Notes: generated by a model not told the origin, from the sequence alone. A DNA stretch of 64,000 nucleotides from Nitrosopumilus sp. (GCA_965238275.1 OZ250186.1:1280001-1344000); one strand, 5' to 3'; positions 20,438 to 31,302 are shown, counted from the first letter of the stretch. Numbers and translations: made by a program.

Positions 20438-21171
20438 ATCTGGAATTCTTTTAGAAATCCATTGAGGCCTGCAAAATCGTTTGGTGATGTAATCAGGACG
20501 TCCCCTGTAATGTCATGCACCTTGCTTACAAACTCCTCAAACCTTCTGCCGTATGACTCCAGATCCAGATTCAAAAATTCTGCAGACTTTGCATTCTTGG
20601 ATGACGGGTACAGCACTATCGGTATGACCGAGAACCCGTCGAGTATCTTGACAAGATCTTGAACCTGCCCTAGATTATGAACCACCTGCGTCATGAATCC
20701 TTTTGGACGTGCCTTGATCTTCTTGCCAATCTTTGAGGGATCAGGCCTGTTTGGAACCGAAAGATACAGGTCAATCTTATCATCAATACCCTGCTCCCCG
20801 AGTCTCCTTACAGTGTCACTTGGAATCTGTCCCGAGTCGCCTACGCCTGTCTGTGAAGGATCCCCCATCAGAACCAGCACTCCTGTAAATCCCACCGAGA
20901 CATACTCGCCTACGCACTCTGAAATCCTGTCCTGGCTCTTGTCCCTGACCCTCAGGCTGGCAGTTATGGGCATATCCGGAACATCCCTCCTGATCATCCT
21001 CCCTGCATCTATTGGAGGTACCCTGTGATGGCCAAGAACGTCCTCGGTAAGATGTATCGCATCACATCTCTGCGAGATCTCCCTCATCCTGTCCAAAAAT
21101 ACTGCAATCGTATCATCCATGCGGGTCCCGGGAATTATCTTGGGCGGGTTGGCCTCGTATCTGATAGTCAT
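20434..21171 (-). CDS. Methylenetetrahydrofolate reductase-like protein (divergent)
   Basis: YEANPPK, LRVRD, VLVLMGDP and FMTQ motifs; convergent with metH. Confidence 0.7.
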   Translation of the reverse strand: MTIRYEANPPKIIPGTRMDDTIAVFLDRMREISQRCDAIHLTEDVLGHHRVPPIDAGRMIRRDVPDMPITASLRVRDKSQDRISECVGEYVSVGFTGVLVLMGDPSQTGVGDSGQIPSDTVRRLGEQGIDDKIDLYLSVPNRPDPSKIGKKIKARPKGFMTQVVHNLGQVQDLVKILDGFSVIPIVLYPSSKNAKSAEFLNLDLESYGRRFEEFVSKVHDITGDVLITSPNDFAGLNGFLKEFQI

Positions 21172-21356
21172 GTTGTCCCTCCTTTCAATCTTGATTAAAA
21201 CCTTTGAGAGGAATCATGTCAAGGTACCGAACCGGGTGCAAACGATGCAATGATGCCTGACTCCGTTTTTGAGTCGGCCGGCTAGCCGATGTCTGTCCAA
21301 TGCCGGATGGAGAGAATACATTCACCCTATTAAGCAGAGTCTTCTGAAGATGAGAT

Positions 21357-21920
21357 ATGATGTTGGATGACATACGATCTGCCCTTTCCAGTCCGATCAC
21401 TCCGAACATAAAGGATGCTGCGGGATGCCGGCTGGCGTCGGTGCTTGTTGTGGTGTATGGACAAGACCCCTCCATAATAATGACCAAAAAGTCCAAACAC
21501 ATGAGGATTCATGCAGGCGAAGTCTCGTTTCCGGGCGGAAAGATGGATGGCGACTCTGATCTTCTGCAGACTGCGCTTCGTGAAACCGGCGAGGAGATCG
21601 GCCTGACCCTTTCAAAGGCTCAGGTGACTGGCCAGCTGGAACCCGTCGTCACCCTAAACTCCGGCTTTTTGATTCTGCCATTCGTATCCGTGGTTGATAA
21701 TATTCCCGCACTCTTGGCAAACTGCGAGGTGGAAGAAATCTTTCACATACCATTGGAGCCATTACTGCAGACTGTCGCAGTCGACCCGGATCCGTCCCAC
21801 AACATCACTGAGACGATGTACACGTTTCAGTATCAAGACCATGTCGTGTGGGGCGCCTCGGCCCGAATACTCAAACAGATTCAAACCCAAATCTTAGCTT
21901 CATTTAAAAAGAGCTCATAG
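21357..21920 (+). CDS. Nudix hydrolase (CoA pyrophosphatase type)
   Basis: HAGEVSFPGG and ALRETGEEIG motifs. Confidence 0.9.
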   Translation: MMLDDIRSALSSPITPNIKDAAGCRLASVLVVVYGQDPSIIMTKKSKHMRIHAGEVSFPGGKMDGDSDLLQTALRETGEEIGLTLSKAQVTGQLEPVVTLNSGFLILPFVSVVDNIPALLANCEVEEIFHIPLEPLLQTVAVDPDPSHNITETMYTFQYQDHVVWGASARILKQIQTQILASFKKSS

Positions 21921-21932
21921 TGGTAATTTTTC

Positions 21933-22091
21933 ATGGCTGCACGCAAGTCTTCCCCAAGAAAGATACGTCTTTTAAAAAAGACCAAGCAGACATCTCCTGT
22001 GCCGGCTTGGATAATCCTCAAGACAAAAAGAGGCGTCAGAACAAACCCAAAGCGCAGGGCTTGGAGATCGACTGATGTCGAGGTGGGATAG
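21933..22091 (+). CDS. rpl39e: 50S ribosomal protein L39e (absent from the ORF track)
   Basis: MAARKSSPRKIRLLKKTKQTSPVPAWIILKTKRGVRTNPKRRAWR; directly precedes rpl31e. Confidence 0.95.
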   Translation: MAARKSSPRKIRLLKKTKQTSPVPAWIILKTKRGVRTNPKRRAWRSTDVEVG

Positions 22092-22535
22092 ATGTCCGAG
22101 GAGTCAGAAAGAGTATACACAATTAACCTAGGCAAGGTACTGCTCTCACAGTCACAACACAGGGCCGTCAGGGCAATCAACATGATCAGGGAGTTTGCAC
22201 GTCACCACATGAAAGTGCAGGAGATTAAAATCGAGGAGGAACTGGCCCAATTGATCTGGGCGAGGGGTGTTCGAAGACCGCCAAGAAAGGTAAGGGTCAG
22301 AATGAGTACAACTGATGATGGCTACATACTTGTCTCTGCATATGATGAGGAACTTGAAGCCAGGCTGTCCCCGGAAAAGCAGGATTCAAAGAAATCGCCA
22401 GAACCTGCAGACGAGCCACCTGCCACCACGGAACCTGCCAACACCGAGCCGTCTGATGCAACAAATCCTACTACTACTACTACTACTGACAAGTCCGAGA
22501 CCCTTGATGGGCTACATACTTGTCTCTGCATATGA
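22092..22535 (+). CDS. rpl31e: 50S ribosomal protein L31e with low-complexity C-terminal tail
   Basis: ERVYTINL, RAVRAINMIREF and IWARGVRRPPRKVRV motifs. Confidence 0.93.
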   Translation: MSEESERVYTINLGKVLLSQSQHRAVRAINMIREFARHHMKVQEIKIEEELAQLIWARGVRRPPRKVRVRMSTTDDGYILVSAYDEELEARLSPEKQDSKKSPEPADEPPATTEPANTEPSDATNPTTTTTTDKSETLDGLHTCLCI

Positions 22536-22552
22536 TGAGGAACTTGAAGCCA
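22321..22552 (+). repeat. 42-bp exact direct repeat, 190 bp apart
   Basis: gctacatacttgtctctgcatatgatgaggaacttgaagcca at 22321-22362 and 22511-22552. Confidence 0.92.
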
Positions 22553-22745
22553 AATCGCCATGCGTGAATACCGGCCAGAACGCCGTGCAGGTGCTCAGGC
22601 AGGCCGTCCCTGATAAAAAGTCATGATAAAAAGTCATAACCTGCATCCCTACACGCGACCAATCCTGGGATGAATTTGATACAACACAGTCAGTGAGAAA
22701 TCACGCACGTTGTAAATATGGCAAAGACCTGTTGGGGGTGAAAAC

Positions 22746-23696
22746 CTACTCCAGTTGGTACAGATCCAGTTTGCAGTCTATGCTGCAATCCGGCATGTCC
22801 CAGTCAAGCGTATCCTCCTGTGGAATAACTCCCAGCGGATCATACTTGTCAAATTTTGTCATGCCCTGCACCGAGGACAGCATGACTACCCTGGATTCAT
22901 CAGTAGACGACATTACCTCTATTTGGGAGTCATCCTCGTTTACAATCCCGCCTGCCAGGCTTGTAATTGATCCCAACACGCCTACGGGGATGTTCTCCCC
23001 CCCTACGACATACAGCATGGAGCGTTTGACTGCGCTTGGTGACGTGTTTCCATAAAGCATCTTCAGCGAATCCCTGAGGGATTCCTCAATGTCCTGTCCG
23101 TGCCTGCCGGTCGTAAGGATGCTTGTCTCTGATGGCATCTCGGTGGATCTGAGTGATCTTATCACGTGCCTGATTGCCGAGTTTGCAATTTCATAGCATG
23201 ACTTGGGGCTCAGATCCGGATTGCTTTCAAGCAAGGAATCGTTGTCAAGGACAATCGTGCACTGGGAATTCTTCCTGACCCTCTTCAGGGACACCCCCGA
23301 ATCAAAAATCCTGTCCTTTTCATACTTGAACGGCATGACTGCAAAAGAGATCAGTTCCTTGCCTGACTCTTTGCATATCTGGGATACGACAGGTGCCATG
23401 GCAGCACCCGCCTTTCCAGCCATGTTGCTCATCATAACGACTGTGGAATAGCCTGCAATTTCGGATCTTATCTGGTCTGCCATCTTGTATGCCGATCCCC
23501 TGATCAGCCTGACAGACGGATTGATTACTGAATCTGTCGAAACATGAATGGACTGGCCGTCCTGGGCAAAGTCCCTGACATCGTTGCTGATTATCAGACA
23601 GTCTGAACCCAGCGTATCTCCTGCGTCCGTGGCTAGTTTTGATCCCACCCCGCCTATTCCAATGACCAGAGTCGGTTTTCTCATCTGCAGGCTCAT
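22746..23696 (-). CDS. ftsZ: Divergent thaumarchaeal FtsZ/tubulin-family protein
   Basis: VIGIGGVG, AVMPFKYE and IVLDNDSL motifs; degenerate tubulin signature (MAGKAGAA). Confidence 0.78.
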   Translation of the reverse strand: MSLQMRKPTLVIGIGGVGSKLATDAGDTLGSDCLIISNDVRDFAQDGQSIHVSTDSVINPSVRLIRGSAYKMADQIRSEIAGYSTVVMMSNMAGKAGAAMAPVVSQICKESGKELISFAVMPFKYEKDRIFDSGVSLKRVRKNSQCTIVLDNDSLLESNPDLSPKSCYEIANSAIRHVIRSLRSTEMPSETSILTTGRHGQDIEESLRDSLKMLYGNTSPSAVKRSMLYVVGGENIPVGVLGSITSLAGGIVNEDDSQIEVMSSTDESRVVMLSSVQGMTKFDKYDPLGVIPQEDTLDWDMPDCSIDCKLDLYQLE

Positions 23697-23771
23697 CTGG
23701 TTTCTATTTGCAGGTTAGATAAAAAACCTTCTTACATTTTTTTGGTTAGATTTTGAATCTAAAAAATTTAG

Positions 23772-25037
23772 CTAAACGATCTTTCCTCGAAGGGATTTCG
23801 TGCCCGAGCCTGTAATCTCTACTGTGTGTGATTGGCCGATCTCCACTGCATCCCGGACAAATACGGGCTTGTATGCCATGTTTCTGCCCTTGACACCGTC
23901 GTCTGTCTTCTCATCAAACAGGACTCTCCCCCTCCAGCCTATCCACTCCCTGTTGTTCTCTGCTGATATCCTGCTGATCTGCTCGAATACTGCCTTGCTT
24001 CGTCGCTTCACCTCTGCAACATCCACCTGTTTCATCCCTGCCGCGTCCGTGCCGGGCCTTGCGCTGTATCTGGACAGGTTTACAACATCCGGCCTGGCAT
24101 CCTCAAGCAGGTTGACTGTCATCTCAAAGTCCTCTTCAGTCTCCGAGGGGAATCCCACGATGATGTCTGTGGATATGGTCATTCTTTCGAATCTCTCCCT
24201 TGCCTCCCTTGCCACCCTCCTGAACGTTTCGGCAGTATGGCCCCTCTTCATGTCGTGGAGCACCCTGTCACTCCCGCTCTGTACCGGAACGTGAAGAAAC
24301 TTGAAGACCCTGTCGCTGTCCAATGACCCCATCAGCCTCCTCCTGATTCTTGGCATGTACATGGGGTTCATCATGCCGACCCTTATCATGAATTCCTTGG
24401 GAATTGAGGACACCGCATTTACGAGTTCCGGCAGATCCGTTCCGATGTCCAAACCGTAGCATCCGTTGTCAGTCGATGTAAGCCATATCTCCCTGCATCC
24501 GTCGTCAATCTCGGCCTTTACCTGCCTTACAATGTCGCCCGTCCTGTAGCTGGAAAGGCCGCCCTTTGCCAGCTTGGTCTGGCAGAACGTGCATTCGCTC
24601 ATGCACCCGCTGGCAATCTCTACGATCCCTACAGTCTGGTTCAATCTGACCTTTGGAAGTCCCACCTTTGAGACATCCGTATCCTCAAGGGCGATCTGCT
24701 GTCTCCCTTCAAGTGTCGAATCCACCACCTGCAGCGTCCTGCCCAGGGAGTTTGGTCCAAGCATGCTTGCGTTTTCTGCAAACCTGCTGACCGTGCCCAT
24801 CTCCGCCTTTGGAAGGCACCCTGCCACAATCAGAGGCCTTGATTCCAGCGACTTTATCCTGTGAATCATCTTGTTTGCCGTGGCGTCCTTGACAGAACAT
24901 GTGACTATGACGTTCAGATCCGACTCTGAGGTATCATCCACTAGCGTGTGGCCGCCGTTCTGGATTAGCCCTGAGATCATCTCCGAGTCTGCAAAGCTTG
25001 CAGAACACCCATACGCCTCCACAAAGATTCTTGCCAT
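23772..25037 (-). CDS. tRNA methylthiotransferase (MtaB/MiaB family radical SAM, TRAM domain)
   Basis: AYGCSAS, GCMSECTFC and DIIVGFPSETEEDF motifs. Confidence 0.9.
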   Translation of the reverse strand: MARIFVEAYGCSASFADSEMISGLIQNGGHTLVDDTSESDLNVIVTCSVKDATANKMIHRIKSLESRPLIVAGCLPKAEMGTVSRFAENASMLGPNSLGRTLQVVDSTLEGRQQIALEDTDVSKVGLPKVRLNQTVGIVEIASGCMSECTFCQTKLAKGGLSSYRTGDIVRQVKAEIDDGCREIWLTSTDNGCYGLDIGTDLPELVNAVSSIPKEFMIRVGMMNPMYMPRIRRRLMGSLDSDRVFKFLHVPVQSGSDRVLHDMKRGHTAETFRRVAREARERFERMTISTDIIVGFPSETEEDFEMTVNLLEDARPDVVNLSRYSARPGTDAAGMKQVDVAEVKRRSKAVFEQISRISAENNREWIGWRGRVLFDEKTDDGVKGRNMAYKPVFVRDAVEIGQSHTVEITGSGTKSLRGKIV

Positions 25038-25040
25038 GTC

Positions 25041-26402
25041 CTATCCGAACAGGGCGTCTACTTCCTTGTCAGTCATCATCTTCTTTGAGACGACCAGCTC
25101 CCTGATTGTTTTTCCCGTCTTTAGCGATTCCTTGAAGAGTTCTGCGGATCTCAGGTAGCCGATCCTTGGCGTCAGCAATGTCACGATTACGGGACTCTTT
25201 TCAATGCCTGCACGGAGGCTGTCGCTGTTTGCCTCAAGCCCGTCTATCAGATTGGCAGAGAATATCGGCAGAAAGTTCTTGATCATGTCTGTCGATTCGA
25301 GCATACACTTGAGCATTCCTGGCAGCATTACATTGAGTTCGAACTGGCCGCTTTGTGCGGCACACGCGACTGCCGTGTCGTTTCCAATCATGTTAAAACA
25401 GATCATGTTCATGCATTCTGCAAGGGAGGGGTTCACCTTGCCTGGCATGATCGACGAGCCGGCATGCACCGCGGGTATTCCGAGCTCGGCCAGTCCTGCA
25501 ACGGGGCCCGAAGCCATTAGCCTGATGTCATTTGCAAGCTTGCCGATCTCCAGCGCCAGGTTTCTTAATGCCGCTGACGTGTTTGCCACTGCAAACCTGC
25601 TCTGCAGGCCGTGTTGCATGTCTCTTTCAGGCCTCAGGGAGATTCCGGAGATCCTTGCAAGTTCCCCGATTGCTATTCTTCTGTACCCCCTTGGCGTATT
25701 TGCGCCAGAGCCTACGGCGGTTCCCCCCAGGGGAATCTTCTGCAGCTCCCTTTGTGACGATACAATCTGATCTCTTGCCTTGGTGATTGATGTGGCCATT
25801 GCGGCAAACTCGCTGCCCAGCGTGACTGGCAGCGCATCCATGAGATGGGTCCTGCCAATCTTCTTGAATCCGGAAAAATATCCTGCCTTCTCTGAGAGTG
25901 ATTTTATCAGGATGTCTACTGCGGGAACCGCCTCCTCCAGGTTCATCAGGATTGAGACGTGCATTGCAGTGGGGTATGTGTCGTTGCTTGACTGTGACAT
26001 GTTTACATGATCGTTTGGATGCAGAAACTCGTACTGCCCCTTCTTTTTGTGCAGTATCTCAAGTGCCACGTTTGCTATCACCTCGTTGGCATTCATGTTG
26101 AATGCCGTGCCTGCACCGGAGTTTATCATATCAACTACAAACTGATCAGCATGTTTTCCTGCCAAGATTCTGTCACATGCCGAGACTATCGCGCCTCCGC
26201 GCTCTGCATCGATCGTCTTTGTCTCCATGTTTGCAACTGCAGCTGATCGTTTGATCATCACAAACGCCCTGATCAGGTTCCCGTGGGCCGTGTTGCCTGT
26301 GACATGGTACTGCTGGATTGCCCTGCCGGTGAATGCCCCATAGTACGCCTCGGCCGGAATCTTGATCTTTCCAAGGGAGTCCTGATCCAGCCTAAATTTC
26401 AT
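25041..26402 (-). CDS. Class II fumarase / aspartate ammonia-lyase family protein
   Basis: HPNDHVNMSQSSND, KIGRTHLMDA and GSSIMPGKVNP motifs. Confidence 0.9.
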   Translation of the reverse strand: MKFRLDQDSLGKIKIPAEAYYGAFTGRAIQQYHVTGNTAHGNLIRAFVMIKRSAAVANMETKTIDAERGGAIVSACDRILAGKHADQFVVDMINSGAGTAFNMNANEVIANVALEILHKKKGQYEFLHPNDHVNMSQSSNDTYPTAMHVSILMNLEEAVPAVDILIKSLSEKAGYFSGFKKIGRTHLMDALPVTLGSEFAAMATSITKARDQIVSSQRELQKIPLGGTAVGSGANTPRGYRRIAIGELARISGISLRPERDMQHGLQSRFAVANTSAALRNLALEIGKLANDIRLMASGPVAGLAELGIPAVHAGSSIMPGKVNPSLAECMNMICFNMIGNDTAVACAAQSGQFELNVMLPGMLKCMLESTDMIKNFLPIFSANLIDGLEANSDSLRAGIEKSPVIVTLLTPRIGYLRSAELFKESLKTGKTIRELVVSKKMMTDKEVDALFG

Positions 26403-26695
26403 ATCTGCCCTATATGATCATGACCTATTATTCATTCCTTTTTTTAAATTGCAACCAGACACGCATCCTGACAAATCCCAAACCGGCAGGTATGTCGGTT
26501 CACGAGAGTTGGAACCACTCTTCCAGGAAAGCAGCCGTGTCGGCACTGACATTCATGACCATGCTGTATCGCCCATGCGTTGGGGTGCCTGGGAGTGAAG
26601 AGGAAGGGAGGAGGAGGGAGGGGACGTGGACGCTTATCTACAGATACTGGTACTTGATAGGAATTATTATATAGTGACTGCACATCAACATTCCC

Positions 26696-28105
26696 ATGAA
26701 TAAGCGTGTAAGTATGCTCTTTACAGTCGCAGCAGTGACTATAATGGGCGCAACCTTATTCGGAAGCACATACACACAAACCCAGATTTCTGGCCAAACA
26801 ATCGACATCAGTCAAATGAATGCCGATGCACTTGACCAGATTCATCAGATGGGCGGCTTGCAGCTTGTAATGCCTGAGGCATTTGCAGAAACCGATTGTT
26901 CCGTACTGGAATCAACCGGGCGTAACATGGTCGAGTTCGATCTGACTGCTGAGAGCGTCGAACTTCCAATCATGGGAGGAAAGACATTCAACGCCATGAC
27001 CTTTGATGGCCAGGTCCCCGGACCAACCCTGAGGGTAACCCAAGGCGACGTAGTCAAGATGACTCTGACCATTCCTGCAGATGAGCCTGTAGCACACGGC
27101 AACGACATGCACGCATCACAGATCTCATCTAGCGCGTTTGAGTCTGTCCTCCCCGGCGAAGTATCCCAGTACTGTTACATTGCTGAGGCTGCTGGTACCT
27201 TCAAGTACCACTGCTCTGGCATCAAACTGGTTGCCATGGATGAACACGTCTTTTCCGGCATGTACGGAATCGCAATAGTTGATCCTGCCAACGGATACAA
27301 GAAGCTGATGGTTGAGAAGACAAGCGGTAGCGGTGAGATAGACAGGGTGTTCTATGACGCTGATGCACTAGAGTTCCAACTCCAGTACAATCAGCTGTAC
27401 CTGACTGACGAGGGCGGATACGACGTAGCAGCAATGCACAAGCATCACAACACTGGAACAGTCGTTAACGGAATGCAGTTTGGATATGTTCCAAACATGG
27501 CACACAACCTGCTTGTCAAGGGAGATGTAAACTCTAACATCTTCGTTGCACAGCCATGGAACGGCCTAGAACATAAGCAGTACCAGTCACAGCTCCTGTT
27601 TGTGGAACTCGATCAGCACGTGAGACTCTTTATAGAGAATCAAGGCAACGAGCCAGTATTCTTCCACATAGTGGGAGAGATTCTGGATCGAGTCGTACAG
27701 GGCAACCGTGTACAATCTGCAGCAACCGAGACATGGCTACTTGGTGGCTCACAGGGAATGACTGTTGATCTCGTATTTGACGAGCCAGGCGCATATGCAG
27801 CCGTCAACCACGATTACGCAGCACTCTACAGCGGAGCAGCAACAGTCTTTGTCGCAGGTGACCCATTCGGCCTGAACCCACTTCTGGTTGAAAAGGGAGT
27901 CATCCCAGAGCCTGTACCATCGTATGCGTATGCACTTGGTAACCCAAGCGATGCAGTTCCACCAATGGGCATGAACAGTATTGCACATCCTGCAATAAAC
28001 ATTCACGGCCTCTACACTGACGAAGTAGCTTCTGAAATGCAAGAAAGCGGTAAGATTGCACTGTGGGAAGTAATTCCTGTAGTTGCAGAAATTCTGACTT
28101 CTTAA
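26696..28105 (+). CDS. nirK: Copper nitrite reductase, thaumarchaeal type
   Basis: GQVPGPTLRVTQGD, HGNDMH, YHCSG..H..GM, FFHIVGE and AVNHD motifs. Confidence 0.92.
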   Translation: MNKRVSMLFTVAAVTIMGATLFGSTYTQTQISGQTIDISQMNADALDQIHQMGGLQLVMPEAFAETDCSVLESTGRNMVEFDLTAESVELPIMGGKTFNAMTFDGQVPGPTLRVTQGDVVKMTLTIPADEPVAHGNDMHASQISSSAFESVLPGEVSQYCYIAEAAGTFKYHCSGIKLVAMDEHVFSGMYGIAIVDPANGYKKLMVEKTSGSGEIDRVFYDADALEFQLQYNQLYLTDEGGYDVAAMHKHHNTGTVVNGMQFGYVPNMAHNLLVKGDVNSNIFVAQPWNGLEHKQYQSQLLFVELDQHVRLFIENQGNEPVFFHIVGEILDRVVQGNRVQSAATETWLLGGSQGMTVDLVFDEPGAYAAVNHDYAALYSGAATVFVAGDPFGLNPLLVEKGVIPEPVPSYAYALGNPSDAVPPMGMNSIAHPAINIHGLYTDEVASEMQESGKIALWEVIPVVAEILTS

Positions 28106-28113
28106 TAATCACA

Positions 28114-28129
28114 CTTTTTACTTTTTTTG
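28114..28129 (+). terminator. Oligo-T terminator after nirK
   Basis: ctttttacttttttt directly after the stop codon. Confidence 0.55.
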
Positions 28130-28273
28130 TCCTTCAGCCCCGCCTTATGCACAGATCGTTCTGGCAGGTGCCCCTGCCTTGAATTGAACCGCAATCCGAT
28201 TTCCCTGTCTCTGCCTGGCTGTTCCGGTTATCCCAAACACATACTTATATTCAGTATCTTATTTGGCTAGTCC

Positions 28274-29206
28274 ATGGGATTTGATGAGTCCGTACTGATA
28301 TGCGACGAGGTGGACCCGATTCTTAAAAAGATTCTTGAGGATAACGGTCTGAAGGTCACATACAATCCTGAGATCACTCCTGAGGAGATTCTAAAAACTA
28401 TTGCCGGTTTCCATATAGTCATCGTCAGAAGCAGAACCTCCATCACAAAGGAGATGATCCAAAAGGCCGAGTGTTGCAGGATTATTGCCAGGGTCGGTGT
28501 CGGTCTTGACAATGTGGATCAGGCCGCTGCCAAGGAGAGAAACATACGTGTAATCAATGCCGTAGAGGGTGCAATGAATGCAGTTGCAGAACTGGTCTTG
28601 GGACTGATGCTGGCCCTTGCAAGGCAGACTGTCCGGGGCGACAGGGGAATTCGAAACGGCCGGTGGCTCAAAAAAGAGCTAAAGGGGACGGAACTGAGGG
28701 GAAAGTATCTTGGAATAATCGGACTGGGCAACATTGGAAAGAGGCTGGGAAGGCTTGCACGCGCGCTTAACATGAACATCATCGGGTACGATGTAATTCC
28801 GATTGATCCCGAATTTTCCAAGGAGGTGGGCCTGATGAAGGCCGATCTGGATACCCTGTTGCAGAGCTCCGACTATGTATCAATCCATGTCCCGTTACTG
28901 GATTCGACATACCATCTTTTGAATGCACAAAAGATCTCCATCATGAAGAATACTGCCAAGGTCATCAACACCTCGAGAGGCGGCGTGGTTGATGAGGATG
29001 CGCTGTACGACGCACTCAGGAATGGCACTCTGGGCGGGGCCGCACTGGATGTATTTGAGACAGAACCCGCCCTTGGAACCAGACTGGCCGAGCTTGACAA
29101 TGTAATACTTACCCCGCACATAGGCGCACAGACAAAGGAGGCCCAGTCGCTTGCAGCCAATGTGATTGGCGAGAAGATCATACAGATACTGCGTGGCGTG
29201 ATCTGA
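28274..29206 (+). CDS. serA: D-isomer 2-hydroxyacid dehydrogenase (phosphoglycerate dehydrogenase-like)
   Basis: RVGVGLDNVD, GLGNIG, NTSRGG and TPHIGA motifs. Confidence 0.82.
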   Translation: MGFDESVLICDEVDPILKKILEDNGLKVTYNPEITPEEILKTIAGFHIVIVRSRTSITKEMIQKAECCRIIARVGVGLDNVDQAAAKERNIRVINAVEGAMNAVAELVLGLMLALARQTVRGDRGIRNGRWLKKELKGTELRGKYLGIIGLGNIGKRLGRLARALNMNIIGYDVIPIDPEFSKEVGLMKADLDTLLQSSDYVSIHVPLLDSTYHLLNAQKISIMKNTAKVINTSRGGVVDEDALYDALRNGTLGGAALDVFETEPALGTRLAELDNVILTPHIGAQTKEAQSLAANVIGEKIIQILRGVI

Positions 29207-29369
29207 TCTACCTGCAGGGGATTCTCTGCATGGAATGTGCGGTTTGGGTTATGGCTCTGAGTAAAAAACCTTGACTTTTTCGTGATTAATTATCTGCTCA
29301 CTCTTTTTAACATCCGCCTGCGAGCTAACAATCGTGTCAAGCAGAAATAACGTATTCGGGTCTGAAAGG

Positions 29370-30146
29370 ATGCCGGGAGCAGGCATGCTGTCCGGCATTG
29401 TCATCGGCATGGTTCTGTTTACGATGACATTTTCCGCCCTGGCACACGCAGAGACCATACCCGTAGAGATTGATGGTGAATCATACGATGTTGTTTACGA
29501 TGCAGCAGGCATGACCGTATCTGGCGTGGCCGCTGATCTGGATTTGATCTCGCTGATACTGGCTGTTGATGTTCCAGAACCCCAAGCTACTCTGGACATT
29601 ACCTTTGATCGCATGTTCTTTGACTCTGTTATTGACGGCCAGGATTATGGATTCCTTGTTCTTTCTGACGGCGATAATGCAAATTTTGTTGAATCCCAGG
29701 CCGATTCTACAAGTCGGACTCTCAGCATCAGTCTGCCAATAGGAACCGAGGAGGTAGAGATTGTCGGTTCCATGTTTGGTCCATCGCCTGTGGATGTTGC
29801 TGTACCTGATCCTGTATCCGGCCAGACACCGGTTCAGACTATTGAACCCGATCCGACATCAGAATTGCCAGAAGATCCGGATCCGGCATTGGAGACTCCC
29901 GTCGTACCTGACACATCCATGGTAAAATGCGGAGACGGCACCGTTCTGGAGGACGGCATATGTGTTCTGGATGAGAGGTGCGGAGACGGCACCGTTCTGG
30001 AGGACGGCATATGTGTTCTGGCACCGCCTGCCCAACGCGGACTAGGCGGGGATCTGGCTGCCGGATCCGTTGGGGGCTTTATAGCTGCCGGAATCATTGC
30101 AGTACTTGCCATAATCGTAGTAAAGATGAGCAGGCGCAAGAACTAG
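29370..30146 (+). CDS. Membrane-anchored secreted protein with two CGDGTVLEDGICVL repeats
   Basis: Signal peptide, C-terminal TM segment and basic tail. 43-bp direct repeat at 29928 and 29979. Confidence 0.8.
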   Translation: MPGAGMLSGIVIGMVLFTMTFSALAHAETIPVEIDGESYDVVYDAAGMTVSGVAADLDLISLILAVDVPEPQATLDITFDRMFFDSVIDGQDYGFLVLSDGDNANFVESQADSTSRTLSISLPIGTEEVEIVGSMFGPSPVDVAVPDPVSGQTPVQTIEPDPTSELPEDPDPALETPVVPDTSMVKCGDGTVLEDGICVLDERCGDGTVLEDGICVLAPPAQRGLGGDLAAGSVGGFIAAGIIAVLAIIVVKMSRRKN

Positions 30147-30658
30147 GAGCAGGACAGCTCGTCCTGGCTCATGTATTGTTCAAACTCGAATCCTGGAATA
30201 AATGTTGTAGTCGAGTATGGTATAAACCCCATGATGGGCGTGCTTATCTGGACTGCCACTACAAACTGATTGGGATCCAGCCTCGCCTCCCCACCATTAA
30301 ACTGAAAATCAAAAGTCAGAAAGACCTGCTGGGTCGCTGAGTAGTTCTCGGTTCTGAACGTTCCCTGCTGTACTTCTGAGGATGACGGGTTCAGGGTCAT
30401 CTGTTCGACAGTATACGTGCCCATGTGGCTTTCTGCATAGAATGGCGCAATCTCAAATTTTTGAAGACTGATCCAAAACGGTATTGTGTTGCAAAATTCC
30501 ACCTCTCCGTGGTTTGAGAGCGCAAAGAATGAAAATTCGCCAGGCGAATTCCACCTGTACTCCAGCTGCTGTGCTCCCAGAATACTCAGTCCGGAGAATG
30601 CAAACGGACTGACAATAACCACAATTGCCACTGCCGTAATCACCGAGTACCTGTTCAT
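30143..30658 (-). CDS. Hypothetical membrane-anchored protein
   Basis: N-terminal TM segment; overlaps both neighbours by 4 bp. Confidence 0.75.
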   Translation of the reverse strand: MNRYSVITAVAIVVIVSPFAFSGLSILGAQQLEYRWNSPGEFSFFALSNHGEVEFCNTIPFWISLQKFEIAPFYAESHMGTYTVEQMTLNPSSSEVQQGTFRTENYSATQQVFLTFDFQFNGGEARLDPNQFVVAVQISTPIMGFIPYSTTTFIPGFEFEQYMSQDELSCS

Positions 30659-31302
30659 GTTCCGGTTCGTGGTCCTATGATGCCGTTACTTACCAGATAA
30701 TTGATTGCCTGGGCAAACTCTTCGTCTGACACGGCATCACTAATCCACCAGTACCCGAGACTCTTTACCCATTCTGGAATGCCAATGTCATGTATGCTGT
30801 CCCCGTTGATCTCAAACGGGATGTTGATTATGTCACTGTCAACATATCTCTGAAACGCATCCACCAGAAATCCATCAGAGATGATTCCTGTCAGCCAGTT
30901 GGCCATGAATTCCCTGGCTACCTGTGGAATGCAGTCGACGTCAGTATCAATCAGAACAAACTCTGCAGTGGCTTGCGTACCAGAATACGCTACATCAATC
31001 GAGTATGTTCCGGGAGAAAATATCTCCCTTTCAAAGGCAAACGGGGCAGGAACCGGGGTCTGAAGGCCTGTTACCGGAATGGGGATTGCGCTGCTACTTT
31101 TTCCATTCCCGTCTATGATGTGGATTATTGCAAGATCATCTTCTGTAACCTCTGAGACTGTAATTGTATAGAACAACTTTTCACAGTACGTGTACGTGTC
31201 CTTTTCCATTACTATGGATACTGATGGCTCTGCGTGTGCAGGCAGAATGAAGACTGCCCCGATTAGCAGGAGCATGACTGGCAATGCCCTCATTGCATTC
31301 AT
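30655..31302 (-). CDS. Secreted protein with C-terminal IPEWVK..WW domain
   Basis: Signal peptide; IPEWVKSLGYWW...AINYLV motif typical of thaumarchaeal surface proteins. Confidence 0.8.
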   Translation of the reverse strand: MNAMRALPVMLLLIGAVFILPAHAEPSVSIVMEKDTYTYCEKLFYTITVSEVTEDDLAIIHIIDGNGKSSSAIPIPVTGLQTPVPAPFAFEREIFSPGTYSIDVAYSGTQATAEFVLIDTDVDCIPQVAREFMANWLTGIISDGFLVDAFQRYVDSDIINIPFEINGDSIHDIGIPEWVKSLGYWWISDAVSDEEFAQAINYLVSNGIIGPRTGT

